A stretch of DNA of 64,000 nt from Bispira polyomma (lineage: Eukaryota), in assembly GCA_965649765.1 (NCBI GenBank), contig OZ287758.1:13330001-13394000 (forward strand), given 5' to 3'. The translations under genes and the position numbers were made by a program. How positions within the stretch are numbered: the stretch's first letter is position 1; every line of letters begins with the position of its first letter. Under the pieces are notes generated by a model, which saw nothing but the letters and a program-made list of their open reading frames with translations, was not told the DNA's origin and ran no database searches. This document shows, one piece after another, positions 35,309 through 49,193 of this stretch.

Positions 35309-36385
35309 TTGTGGTTAAAGGTGGTGGTTCGAAACTTTTTATGTGGTGTTCACTTGTGAAATTATAAATTCAATATGGAGACTTGTTTGGTAAAGCTACA
35401 AGTTACAGGAGACTAAGCTATGATTGGCCCCCATGTGGGTAGACCGAGGAAAGGATTATGCCATAGTATTCGCTTGGGTAGGTTTTATGGTATTAGCTAT
35501 AATTAGGGTAGATATAATGTGTGGTGTGGACTGAACTAGCAGCCCCCTGTAGTGACTTGGTATGCACAGTCCACGAGTGGTGAAGTTCAAGATGCTTAAA
35601 GGTAAGTTGAAGTAAGTTTAAAGGTAAGTAAAAGGTAAGTTCAATTGAAGACAATAAAAGATTCCCTTTGAAGTTTTATTTTACAGGCTAATATTTATGG
35701 TTTATATATTTTCAGGTTGACAATAAAATTTAATATGTTAAAATTTTTAGCCTCAAGCCCAACTAAAAAAATCAGGGGAGAGAGATACGCCCAAATTGAT
35801 CAGTTCAACGAGGAGAGGGGGTGGGGGTAAGTTATGAAATAAACATGGAATCTAACATGTTTGGAATTTATTGTTAAAACTGTTAGTTGACATCAATACT
35901 TAGCTTGTTACACAACAACATTAATAACTATTGCCATTGGGCTACTAACATCTAGTTAAGTAATACTCACTAATTTATAACTTAATTCACTATGTTAACA
36001 CTACCAAAATTCAGTTACTATTTACATCATTAAGCTGTGATAAGCGTTTTCATAAGGGATGATGACATTACACTAATTTAAAAATATGATGCACAAGCAT
36101 CGGCTTTATAAATACTTGTGTCAAAGGCAGGCCATTACATTTTGTTGCAAAAGCATCAGACTTGCTAGCAGTTGGATGTCAATGCCAACTCATTAATTTA
36201 TAACACCAGATGATCTAATTATCGTATTGTTTTACTACATCTGTTTACCTGTCTTTTGGGTTTAACTCCTTATGGTGTTACCATAAGTTCGTAATTAAAG
36301 ACATTAAGAGAGTTAAAACATAGAAATGAAGGCACAAAACCCCAAACACGATAAGTAGCAATAGCAGCAGTATTCAGAGTGGCAC

Positions 36386-37278
36386 TTAAGCACTTCCAAA
36401 CAGCTTCCCTTTTCCAATTTCCATGTTGCTTGATAGTTTTATATTGTTTTCAAATGCTAAGGTTGCTCCACTTCTTCTAAAGGAGCGAAAAGTAAAATGA
36501 AATGGGTTCAACCCAATTTTGGCTACCGTTGCTTTTAGAAATGAGCAAGCTTTAAAGGCTGTAAGGGGTACCGGGCCTTTTTTTGTTTGTATTTGTAACA
36601 GGGGGGTGGTATCTTTGTCCCCTTTGAACACTTTCAGAAGTATTATTAAGGCCTAAATATGACATAAAGGAGATTCTTTAAGTTCTGGTAACTGTACTAC
36701 ATCTATGTCACCTGAGGTTTGCATGTTCTTTGCACATGTCATAACTAAATAAGACCCAGGGGAGCCCTATACTACATTTCCTCCAGTAGGAAATCTTGCT
36801 TTATCAAACAGTGCAATTGCATTAGTAATTAAGGAGGCTAACCTGAACCCCCCCCAAAAAGGCACAAAGAAACAAAGCTTTGAAAGTTTGAAAGTCGTGA
36901 CAAGTTTATGTAGTTTTAATTAATATCAATAACAATTGCAAAGTAAAAATTCTTTGATTTTAATTTGCATTTTACAATTCATCCTAAATGATTTGACTAG
37001 CATCATAGTTTTCCTGCAGCTTAAGGCATTTTAGGTCATTCAAATATACCAAAAGTAATAGCTTAGTATTGACATATGATTTCTAAGAGACCCAGCTCGG
37101 AGATTGTTTTGTACCAGAAACTCCAAGTAGAGAACCACTGTCTGTGAGGGATGTGAAGACCCTTGTAGATCATGAAGGCCACAAACAGTCTAAAGTTAGC
37201 ATCATAAACAGAGAGAGTTCGAAGACGAAGGCCCTGAGCGATTCGGACATCCCCCTGTTGTTGTAGTAGCGCTACCAT
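36386..37278 (-). pseudogene. Tyrosine recombinase of family B
   Basis: GLRLRTLSVYDANFRLFVAF at the N-terminus. FTFRSFRRSGATLAF is the H-S-F-R-R box with H changed to R. Confidence 0.8.
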
Positions 37279-37399
37279 GCTATTGCTATAATATAAAGTT
37301 TTCTTTGAGCAGTATGTTGTTCAGCATAAAAGGCCCACATATAATTATGCTTAACAAATTGAATTAAATTTAGAAGTTAGGGTATAACATCTCCCTATC

Positions 37400-38770
37400 C
37401 ACTTCTTCCCATAAACAATTTCTTATTCATGTACTGGTAACTGTGCCATCTTGATACTAGCCCATATCATCAAAGCTACCAATATATATTTGCCGCTTCT
37501 TAGTGGACCATAGAAGTGCAGTTTTGTATAGCTTGTGGTATATCACAAGTATAAACCAAACCTTAGAAGTAACCTCCAACCATTTGTAATGATGCATCTA
37601 AAAATACCTCTTGGGGTTTTACCTTTACATTTTTAATAGCCACAGTTCTATTAAAATATTCTAAAAATTCATTAAACCATGCAATATCTCTATAAAATGC
37701 TTCGGGTAATTTAATATTTCCTCTCACAGAAGAATTCTTTAATACTTGTAAAATTTTGTTGATGAACATACGAGCTGGACTAACGCAACGATGTATGCAT
37801 AAAAGTTTGCCTGTTAACTTCTGTAATTGGTTACGTGTGGCAACTGTTTTAATAACCCAGTCTTTACACTTTTGTTTTACTTGTATTAATATTTCCTCTG
37901 GAATAGTTAATGTGCGATTATGCTCATCAATATTGATACCCAAACAAGTAATTTTAAGACTAGGAGGTCCCTCTTTTTACCTGTTCACCGGAAGCCCCAG
38001 ATACTTAAGAATACTATTTAGACTATAAAAGTTGTTACGTTTTACTAACACCTACGTAATCGTCAAGATAGTTAATAACCCATACACCCATACACCATTC
38101 AGGTCACTAAGTCCGTACACATCTGTCAAGCCGCCGCGTCCGTACAAAACCCAAACGGAAGTCTTATATCTATAAATACCTGTTCTTTCCATTTTAATCC
38201 GAGTACCGGATAATCAAAGGGATCTATACATAAGTTTCTAAATGCACGTTCCAAATCCGTTTTATATAATAGAGCTTGAAGACCAACTTTTTGTATTTGC
38301 TCTGCTACAGTATCTATAGTCGGATATGTCAGGGTAAAAGGGATTTTATCAAAATTTTTATTTACTGCAACACAACTATTAACGCTTTCAAATAATGGCC
38401 ATGATAGATCCACTGTGACCCTGACTCCACCATCGGGTTTATCACATATATCAAGGAAGAAAAGTGAGTTTCTGCAAAAGGTGCTTCACTAAGTGGCCCA
38501 ATCATGGCCTGTTTTTGTGTTTCTACTTTAAAGTATTAATCTACCCCTTCGTGACTTCTCATAGCAGATTGATGATTTTTATTTTCCTTATTATATTTAA
38601 ATATATTATAATCTATATCCATAGGGAATCCAAATTCAATATACTCTCCCAATACTTTCAAATCATAGTTTTTTAGTAATGGCCTCCATGCCTTAATGTG
38701 TAAACCAGGGACCCTTATACGGGCACCTTTATAATTTGGATCTCCATGGACTTTGACTTTAGTATGAATA
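37400..38770 (-). pseudogene. RT/RNase H of family B
   Basis: Motifs PNYKGARIRV, EFGFP, DLSWP, YKTDLERAFRNL, LPFG, VINYLDDYVG (about 38050-38080), LQKLTGKL and FLDASL. Confidence 0.9.
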
Positions 38771-39229
38771 GAAGCCCAATCAATTAATGGACCTATTTCC
38801 ACTGAATTTTTCACTTTAAACCCCTGTAATGTTGTGCATTTTGAACACATTTTATTTCTTAATGGCTCAATGTATAGGTGTGTATCTTAGTTATTACAAT
38901 GTGAAGTATCCTAAGTATCGCTACAATACCAATATGTGAAAAATATAATTTTATCATGCTACATAGCCCATTATCACATAATCAATTAATGGACCTATTC
39001 TGCACCAAGTGAACTTAACACCTGTGCGTGTGTGTTCAGTCCACTGTGTCATGCCATGCACTTTGGCAGATGTATTGCTCAATTACCATATATGGTATTA
39101 AATGAATATTACTACAGTGTGCAGTGTGTGTGCACACATATTGAAATTATACACATTATAATGTAATTATGGTCCTGAAAATCTAATTAAATGTTATTGT
39201 ATTACAGTAATATAAATCTCTAGGTGCAG

Positions 39230-39827
39230 TGTCTTAACATAGTCTTAGCCTTCTTTTGTGAATACCATTTAAGCCTTAAACTTAACTAAGACAAAAGTCT
39301 TAGATTAAAGACTTGACTTGGCCTAAGTTTTGGTTAAGTCTGAGACCTTTGTGAATACAGCCCCAGGGGTGGTGTCCACGAAATGGCTAAGTCTAGACAT
39401 TGTCCTAAATCTAGCACAAAAGTATACTAGATCTAAGACAAAAAGATATAGTTTAGTCCTTTTGTGAATACCATCACGTATTCACTGACAGACTTGAGGG
39501 GCGAATATACCTGTCTGTTTCCATCATCGGATGTCCAAATTTGCAGATACACTAAATCCAAAAAACTGGTAGTTTTTTCTAGTGTACAATACGGTTTATT
39601 AATATAAACTTCCCCAACCTCATTTTAAAAATTCGGCTGTCAGCCAGGTGTATTTTACTTCTCTATTTTATAATATTTTGATTTTTTCGGATGAAGGAAA
39701 TGGACATTGAAAAGCGGATATGGACACAAAAATCGCCCTTTAAGCCAAATCTGAGGCCTAAATCTAGCACAAAAGTATACTAGATTAAAGCCTGAGACTT
39801 GTCGAAGTCTGTTAGTGAATATAGGCC
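39230..39827. mobile_element. Stack of about three Harbinger-like MITEs (about 39230-39363, 39367-39475, 39474-39827)
   Basis: Recurrent gtattcac / gtgaatac termini with CAG at 39364-39366 and 39828-39830. Confidence 0.6.
39498..39739. mobile_element. Kolobok-like MITE nested in a Harbinger-like MITE
   Basis: Imperfect TIRs ggggcgaat...gatgtcca / tggacatt...aatcgccct, flanked by TTGA and TTAA. Confidence 0.5.
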
Positions 39828-42010
39828 CAGATCTAAAGCAGGTATTTTAGTTAAAAACAACAAAAATATGAATTGGGAGAGAGAAAAAAAAAAATTGTAA
39901 TATGTATTCAGATAATAGAAGTTCCAGTGTATACAAATTTTTGGCATATACTACACATATTTAGCTGTAAGTTTCACTTGGTCCATATTTTGAATATAGT
40001 CTATAAAAACACACACTTGTGTCTTCATATTACAGATGATCTCAAACTTTTGTTGCACTTAATCTTTGCATTCAAACAAAGTACATTGGCAAATTTGTGC
40101 AGTTGGAAAATGGCAAATTCAATGTAAAACAGTACTAATTCAAAACCTCCTAATACATGTATATACAAAATCATTAATGGATAATTATCCCTGTAGATTT
40201 ATTATTAAGGCAGTGTTTCTTATGTTTTACATACCTAAATTTATTTCAGAGATTTATATGAGTAATAAAACATTTAAATAGTTTTTCAGGGCCATAATTA
40301 TATAGATTATTATGTGTGTGTCATTTCATATGTGTGTTATGTTGATGTACAATGTACTAATGTTCATGTATTACCATATATGGTAATTGGATAAAACATT
40401 TACAAAGTTGGCATGACACAGTGGACAGAAAACACACATACACACAGGTGTTAAGTTCACTTGGTGCAGAATAGGTCCATAAATTGATTATGTGATATTG
40501 CCCTATGTATCATGATAAAGTTATGTATTTTACATATTTATATTGTATTGATATTTATAAAACACTTTGTATTGATAACTAAGACATACACCTATACATT
40601 GAGCCATTAATACGCAAAATATGTTGAATCTGCACAAAAGTACAGGGGTTTAAAGTGAAAAATTCAGTGAAAATAGGTCCATTAATTGATTGGGACTTCT
40701 ATCAGTCAACCATTTGATGTTTGTTTCAAAGGGTATTTCATTATAATATATCCTGATAATTGTTTCAGGAATATTATGAAGCCAAACTCCCTTTCCCATT
40801 GCTTCTTATTACAATAATTTTTGTCAATACTATTACTGCCCCTATTATTGGGACTATTGGTTATACTTATGTTATTTTCCTTACTCCTGCCACCACTGGT
40901 ATAACCAATAAATATTCTATTGTATTTACATTTTATTTGTTCTTTTAGCACGTGTGCATTATGCACATGACTATCCAGGTCACTGATCATGTGTTCTTTA
41001 TGATTACTTTCACCATATTTTTGTGACATGTGTACATTATGATTATTTTTACCACGTTTTTTGTAACATGTGTACATAATGAATAATTTTATCACGTTTT
41101 AAAAGTATGTGTACATTATGCTTTTCAAACATGTGTGCACTATGATTTTGACTTTTCTGTTCGTCAAATGTATGTGCAATATACTCATGACTTTTTATGT
41201 CATGTGTATTAAAATTATGATTTTGAAGTTTTAGTTCATTTGTTTAAAAAAATTGACACATGTTGCCATTCACACTATGTATGTCAAATTCTTTATTCTC
41301 AAATATATGTGATATACTAAAATTTATGTCATTCTCCAACACAGCCGAGTTATCACTTTCTATTTGTTCAGATAATTTGTATGTGCTATACTCAATATTA
41401 GAACTTCTCATTCACCTTTGACAACATGTGTTAGTGTTAAAAAGTGTTTCATTAAAATCAACTGTGATTGTTGTGACTCATTGAAATCAATCATTGTTGT
41501 GAGGGAAGCAAAATAGTTTGCAACTCCCTCCTGGCTTTTCTATCCCTTTTTCTAAACTCAACTTTTTCCGTGTTAGAACTGTGTACTTGTGAGTTACATA
41601 AATACTCTTGTTCAGTATTTGCTAATTTACTAACGACTAGCACATGTGATCAGATATCATTGTTAGTTTGAGCCCTGTGTTTAGACATACGCAAATTCAA
41701 GTAACGAAGATTGTTTTGTCCGCTGATTTATGCAAAGCTGTTCTAGAATAACTCATCTGGCTTTTGTAGTGCAATATATTCTAATGAATATGTGTTCTAG
41801 TTGTTAGCACCAAAACATGTGCTTTCCCCGTTTCCTTTCTAGAATTTTTTTGTTATGACTGTCTACGTCAATATAAGCTTCATTAGAATTCTCAGATTTG
41901 CACGTACTATTTGGCATATTTGTAACATAGTTTTACCAGTAGTCTCAGAAAGCACGTGGGTAATAATACCTGCAGTTCTGGAAAGTTCCATAAAGGTCAA
42001 ACCAATACAA

Positions 42011-42697
42011 GGGCCGTATTCACATAGAGGTCTCAAGTCTCAGACAAAAAATCAGTCTCAAAGTTAAGACTTTGTCTTAGTTGAGACAAAGTCTCAAGTT
42101 GCTATTCTCAGCTGAGACAAAACTAACATCAAATCACGAATCTATAAAATGTAAACAGACACATTGTTTGAATATTGGACAATAGTTCATCAAAATTGTT
42201 AGTATTTGTGTACTATAATTTTAAACAAGATTTGTAATATACATATTAGTGAAAAAAAGAAAACATCTAGTATATTAATTTATTAATATTTACCATCACA
42301 TGATCTACTTGAGTGGTTGCTATGAAGCTAAAAAGTGTTGTAAAAATGTCTCAAAGTAGGGCACTTTTGAGGCAAATGTTTTGATTGTTATTTAACATAT
42401 ATTTGATTTTTATTTGCAGGAATAAATAAAAGTTAAAAAATAAAGTTTATTTAAAATCATAAAAACAATAAGTATTGCCCTCTATTTATACAGCTTAATG
42501 CTTGAAACTTTTTATCAAATACTTGAGACACCTACCAACTAGTCTTAACTTCAAGTGCAAATCTGAGACAAAAAAATTGGCTGAGCCGTTTTGTGAATAA
42601 CAGTCAATTTGAGACAATTTTTTTTGTCTTAGATTTGCGACAAAAGTCTTAGACTTGAGACAAAATATTGTCTTAAGATCTTTTGTGAATACGGGCC
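42011..42697. mobile_element. 687-bp Harbinger-like MITE
   Basis: TIRs gggccgtattcaca / tgtgaatacgggcc. Subterminal tgagacaaa / aagtctca repeats. Flanks CAA and CAG. Confidence 0.75.
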
Positions 42698-43499
42698 CAG
42701 ACAAACACTTGGCACATAGCATAGACAAGTTTAGAACAAATGATTAATGATTAGTATCAGATTTTCTAATGATTTGTACCAGCTTTTCTCACCCAATAAT
42801 CAATATCACCATTTCTGCATGTACTGTTTCGCCTATCTTTTCCCTGAACATTAATTTCACCCATATTTTCTGTATTACACTTATGCTTGTCACTTTCATA
42901 TGTTTAACAACTTTGTTGAATATTCCCTGAACTACACGCACAATCAGCATGTCCTCCAGGGCTATCCAAGTTATTTATTACTGTTTTGTGACTGCATGTT
43001 TGTGCTTCTTTATTTTGGGTTCTATTTGTACATTCATACAAACTACTTCTCCACAGCATTTGGTTTGCAATATTTACTCTAACCTTATTCATATCAGATT
43101 GTTTTCCACCTACACACTCGTGAATCCAACTGGATTCATTTTTTCAGCAGGGGTATTTCTGTCCCTGTCTTTATATTTATTATTTCTATTTTCATTATTT
43201 CATATATATTGCAATTTTCTACCATTTCTGCAACACTCGTTTTTACTCACAAAAGTCACTGCTAATGGATTCAATACATGGCCTTTTAAGCCGTATGATT
43301 CAGATATATGTCTATTGTCATTAACTAATTTATAATCTTTAACAATAGGCCAGTTACAACCCACCCCTCATCCCCACCCCCACCCCCCTCCACCCTGTTA
43401 AACTTGCTGTTTATTGTCCTTGTTAACATTATCGTCATTTTTGAATCCCCCACCATTAGCACTTTTTTGCCTCATACACTTTACCAATGGGTCTTTATA

Positions 43500-44100
43500 C
43501 CTTTTTTTTTACCAAGTTTTCCTCAGACAATAAGAACAACATTGTTGGTAATTTACCCCATTGTGGATATGGTCATTACTTTGCCGACAACTACCTTTGT
43601 TGTAATGTATAAACGTTTGAATACCTGAGCTGGCAGAAGTGTGTTTAACACTATGTACTTTTCTCTGAGTGTTTCTATTCTTATTTTTTTTCTATTAAAT
43701 CAGGGCAGGACCAAGTAAGGTTACTTTTTTCCATATCCTGCAAAACTGCAGAGTGAGCTCGCCTAGCAGTGCTTATAAAGAGTTCGATAGCATCTTGCAT
43801 AAGGATAATATTGTATTGCAACACAGTTTTTCTAATACATGCATCTTTTGCTCCAATATACAATGCAACATGCCCTGAAACCACTGTTCGGTTGTCATCT
43901 TGTCATAAGTCGGCTGTTTAGAGCCTGACGATACCGAACAGTAGTCCTGTGGCCAACTAATAGGAATCTTTACTTTTGCAACTCCAGCATGGAACCGACC
44001 AGATTTTAAAGATGGCACTTTAACTATAGTCTCGACTTTTAACGTGTTATCATACTCTTGGATTCTCTGATAAACTTCATCAGCCTAGATCTTTGAGTTG
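43500..44100 (-). pseudogene. Gag-like ORF of family B YR retrotransposon
   Basis: Motifs LKSGRF...ISWPQDY...QPTYDKMTTEQWFQG, LMQDAIE...ARRAHSAVLQDMEKSNLTW and a Cys/His finger HYNKGSCRQSNDHIHNGVNYQQCCSYC. Confidence 0.75.
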
Positions 44101-45621
44101 CTGTAGGAGGCTTCGAAGAGAAAAGTTCATTTATGCTGGTTTTTTCCTCTTGGTTTTTTAAACGTTCGTCCTGCGATTTTAACTAATCTCCCATACCTTT
44201 TCATTACAGACAATAATTTTTCAAAGTTTTTCTCACAGTATATTGCTCTGTGTATTGTTTTGTTCAATTTTTTGACAATCTTCCATTTCACCTTTTGCCC
44301 CATGCAGAGACAATTGCTCAGGTATGGCGCTACCTCGAATCGACTTCTTATGCTGCCTAAATAATACCACAAACATTTACGCTATTATCCCCCTAGCTAA
44401 CTCCTTTTGGTTTTGGCATTTATAAAATTGTTTCCTATTTTTAAATTTTATGTATAGTTGTACATTTAACTCTTTGTGTAAATGAATTCTCCAAACACGT
44501 TAAATGTAATTTTTCCCTAACTTTGCTTTACATGGTCTTTTAGCAACTGTGTAAGTCACTGCAGGACTCGAGAGCAAGACAAGTCAGTCGCACAAGTAGA
44601 GGGTTTACTGTATCTGTATCAACACACTTGTAAGCTAATTACTTAAGACTAATCAGAGGTGTCTTAGAGGAAGGTCTACCCAGTTAAGCTGTTTATTGGC
44701 CTAACAACAAATCAGAGCCAATAATTAGAGGTTACATGTATATATTTTAGTGATTACATAAATCACGAGTGGTTATAAAAGAACATGGTTGAGATCACTC
44801 TTTTGTCTACTTCTATACAAGTTATAATGCAACCTTATTGTTTATGCACGTTATAGATTTTATTTAATGGCTTTTTAGTCTTCTTGACATACCATGCTAT
44901 GATTGTATGGCATTTATAAAAATTTATCCTATTTAAAATTTTTATGTATAGTTGTACATTAAACTCTTGTAAATAAATTCTCCAAACTCGTTACATGTGG
45001 TTTTCCCCTGACTTTGCCTTACATGGTCCTTTAGCAACTGATATACGCCACTCACAGTAAATGACTTTCAAAGGTCAAGCAACATAATATTCTGCAAAAA
45101 TACGTTTTTGTTGAAGGCAAATGTAATGTCTGACTTTCTGAAAGTATAAAAGCCGTTTGATTGCAATGGAATACCTATATTTTCTAAACAATTTTGTAAA
45201 GCCGATCTCACGTGAGATTGAACAATTGATTATAATAGAGGTAAATTGGCTGAAAATCGTGGTCAGTGGTCTAGAAAGGAAAAGTTCCCTAAAGGGGCAG
45301 AGATGATGGTGTTAAACAAAGAAATTTGTATAATGTGTGTTTTAGTTCTACTTTGCAAATTGTTTGCTCATTTTAAGATGACATAAGCTCCTGGTGGGGC
45401 AAAAATTATCTTTTTCTAAGAAAATGCTTTCAAGCGTAAAAAAAACCTCTAGAATGAGAGGCTATGTTTAAAAGCCTGATAAACCCGAAAAATTACAAGA
45501 GGAAAATTGTTATATCCAATATTGAATCATGTAAGATTTGACAAGCCTGTGAAATTTGTGTTAACTGATTTATATTAAATCAACTTTAGGACGGAAAGAG
45601 GAGTTAATGGTTATACTCCTA

Positions 45622-45863
45622 GGCTGGTATTCTCGAACGTATACTCACCTTAAACTTATACTCAACTCAAATCTGGATTCTCCATAACTCTTGATATGGT
45701 ACATATATCTAAAATCTGACTTGATATTTGAATTCAGTGTTAAAAGCTCTATAAAAATGAATGGTCACACATATAGGTTATTACCATATACAATGATTTC
45801 CACATGGTCTATATTTGAGTTGAGTATGAGTTTAAGCTGAGTATACGTTCGAGAATACGGGCC
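45622..45863. mobile_element. 242-bp Harbinger-like MITE (third copy)
   Basis: Same TIRs; TSD CTA/CTA as in copy 1. Confidence 0.8.
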
Positions 45864-48800
45864 CTAATAAACAAAGTTATGGAATTGTGAGTGAAGGGAG
45901 CCATGTCCACTGTAATTTCCTAGCCATGATTTTTTGAGAAGAGAGATAGTTAATAGGTTAAAGTATTTTAGGGGAACTTTGTTCCACTAATACTGATTGT
46001 AGAAGTCTTGTAATAATTCAGCATTTGGTGGCTTGGCAGAATATATCCTGAAAAGAGTATTTGCTATGATATTATGTTTGCCTGAAATGTATTGAATTTC
46101 TATAGGTGTGTTATGAGTGTCAAGAGAAAGCCAAATAGTCTTCACACATATAGTTAAAAGGGTACCCCTAGTTTTCTGAGTGTTCACAACAGGCAGTATG
46201 GCCATGTTATAGCAGTGAAAGTGTATATACTGGTGTGCCCATTTGGGCGCCCAGACACGCAGTGTGAGAATAATATTTAACATCTCAAGGTGAACAAACT
46301 CTTGATTGTAAATCACTAAGATCCCCCCCTCCCTAAGACGTGTGAGACAAGCGTCTAAATGTTACTTGTTCAAATTTGATGCTGTGGATGGGTCGATAAA
46401 AGTAATGCCATTTAAAGTTTATTAGAATTTTTTAACCATGCCAGATCGTTCTATTAATAAAGGTACATGCATAAATGAACATACAGTAATTTACCCAGTA
46501 ACGACTAAGCATGATTATATGCCTTTTGTAAATATCACGACATTCCAAAATCTCAAAAAAAAATTCTTTTGAATACTAATTGTTTCCTCTGTGATGTCTA
46601 TATCTATCCCGAGGCATGTGATATTTGTGCTGGGGGATGAGCTTCTGCCTTGCAGCAAACGCAAATATTATTTTCTATGTAGCATATTGAAACCATGGTG
46701 ACTCATATAGGACCCAACTGCATCAGAACAGTGTTGAAAGGCCGCCATTCAAAGGACCCAGTCACTGCCAGATCAATGTATTCTCTTAGAACAAAATATT
46801 GAGTTTCAATGCATTGACAGGGTCTACACACAGGTTGCGGAATGCTCTAGTGATGTCAACTGCAAATAAGAGTGTCAAATTCACTTTTCAAAGTAAATTT
46901 CAATCCATCGAAGAGTGATTTATTGATGTTCTCGATTACTGAGCGGCCATACAGAAGTGACAAATTTAGTATAACTCTAATGTGGAGAGTCACCTTCACT
47001 GGGCCCAACATCGCCCCTTTACTCGTTTCTTTTTAAGATAATTTCCTACATTCTTTGTGCGTTAAACAGCAGAAAGGTGGTTCACCACAAGATTATTGTT
47101 CAGCTCAAGTGGGATGGTGAGTGATAACGGGAACCCAAATTTAATATATTGGCAAAGTAATTTATCAAGGTAGTCTCAAAAGATATACTCCTAAGCTTCA
47201 ATATGTAAGCCAGGTAAAAGTGGGATCCTAGCCTGTCAGTCCTGGACAGCAGTGTCCTTGATAACAGTGGTCACTTGCAGCATGTCCTCTACTGATTGAA
47301 TGTTCCCAGGTGGTCTCTCTGGGCCCATCAAAGTGAAGTCAGTGAAAGATAGTGCCAAGAAACCCACGCTTTTATGAGGCTCATTAAAGCCCTTAATCTG
47401 ATTAAATTTGACTGATTACTTTGAAGAATTTGAGTGAAGTTGGCGCACGATGGATTTGTGCACATTTTTTTGACAATCAAGTCTCACAATTGACTTGTTA
47501 TATTTGAGTCTACATACATTTGCTTCAGTCTGACTTCGCACATCTCTAACCTGAAGTATTTCATCTTTAATGTCATCAATCAATGCATCAATTAAAATAT
47601 TTTAGTGTAATTACAACAACCCTGCTTATGGCATGCCATATCTCTCTTGAAATAGTATACATTATTGGAAGCTTACTGAACCACTGTTGGGTGATGAATT
47701 TCTACTTCATTATATGAATTCTCTATTAAAAAAAGTTAAGTGCATCATTACTACGATTTCCCAAGTTTGAATAATTTCAAATAGTCCTTTTGGTCACATC
47801 AAAGTATATGTTGAAAAGCACCTTAATTATATCGGACTTGTCTTTTAAATATACAATAGGAGTGATGGTTTGAATTGAATTAGAGTAACCCACCAATTGT
47901 TTATTGAAACTTGAATTTGACAATTGTTATTGTCAAGCTGACTTTGATTGTTACTATTGATGTATCCATACAAGTGGTCTATCGCAGTGTGAACTACTGG
48001 CTGGCCTGATGCCTGCCAGTCGTTCTCATCATACGTATTACCATGGATGTTAACACTTTCATGTACCTTGTGGTACTGATCAGGTACTGCTGACTGAAAG
48101 CCATAACTTTCTCTGTCCTAAAATTGAATAAACTGTTGAACAAGATTAGTGCAAGTATCATTCATACAGGAAATATCAATATTATTAACATCAACAGTAC
48201 TATTTTCAATATTGATTAAGTTCTTTTTAATGTTAATCTCCACTTTCGTGTTCATATAATTACTGTTACTATTATTTTTTCACAATTGTTGACTATTCAG
48301 TTTTACCCTATGGCTGCCTACAGTGCTGCCCTTATCACTTATCATCAATGTTATTCCATCTGGTTGTGAACCGTGTCCCTAATTACTGATTCACCGCTTG
48401 GCTGGTTGTTTACTAATGTTCTTCTTGAAACACTTGAACTCAGGATGTGATGTTTCTTTACGTAATGTTTGATAACAATATCAGCATATGTGCCTCTAAG
48501 TCCTGTGGTCCGCCTTATGTGTACATTTGCAATTGTTGAACAGTTTACAGATAGATTTACTGTCCATACAGAAACCAAGACACAGACAGGACAGACAGGG
48601 ATATTGTAGCTCTGGTTTTAATAAGTTTTTCCTGGAATTATACTACAGCTTGTCATAAAAAATAGACAATAAGAACATATAGTGGTGAATATGTTGGACT
48701 ATTTATTTCGTGATTTGTGAGTGATTTTGGGACACAAATATCGAGTAAAACTTTTAGAAACTTGGATAATCATGTAAAATCTTGTAATCATGAAAATAAA

Positions 48801-49193
48801 AGCACACTGGCCAGTGTAGCAAAAAGACTAATTAGTACATAACAAGAGTGTTTACATAGTGAAGTGTGCACTGAAGTATGCAAATAAAAGCCCACTGGCC
48901 AGTGCAGAAAAAGGACCAACTGACAGTGGAGATTTTGTTGGATATACATTTTTGACAAAAGTGTTAAATATTGTGGATAATACTACACACTGATTTGAAC
49001 TTTCTGTACCTCATATGGTGATGGGTTAACCCCATGCTTGTTGTGTTGTGTTTTGGTAAGAGGAACATTTTCCTGGGTTAACCCAGTGCATGTTGTGAAT
49101 ATTATTAAAAATGTGGATTATATTTGCTATGTAATATTACATTAGGAAATCTCTCACACTTGTTTATGTATAAGTTTTGTGCTTCTTCTTGTG

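Larger units (their letters stand above)
38771..40699. mobile_element. Non-autonomous Tc1/mariner-like element with IR/DR termini
   Basis: Inverted arms of about 330 bp (38771-39100 and 40370-40699), each with two copies of aatcaattaatggacctatt. TA TSD at 38769-38770 and 40700-40701. Removing it restores the pol frame KWLTDIHTKVKVHGDPNYKGAR. Confidence 0.85.
35330..44400 (-). mobile_element. YR (DIRS/Ngaro-type) retrotransposon family B, near full length but decayed: gag, RT/RNase H, tyrosine recombinase
   Basis: Gene order gag (43500-44100), RT/RH (37400-38770) and YR (36386-37278), all on the minus strand. Element ends are uncertain. Confidence 0.8.

Noticed and set aside
38771-38850. N-terminus of ORF 38536-38850 as part of pol
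   Set aside because: It is read from the Tc1-like TIR; the true frame continues beyond 40701.
42900-43630. Several hydrophobic plus-strand ORFs as membrane proteins
   Set aside because: Antisense shadows of A-rich YR element sequence; no motifs.
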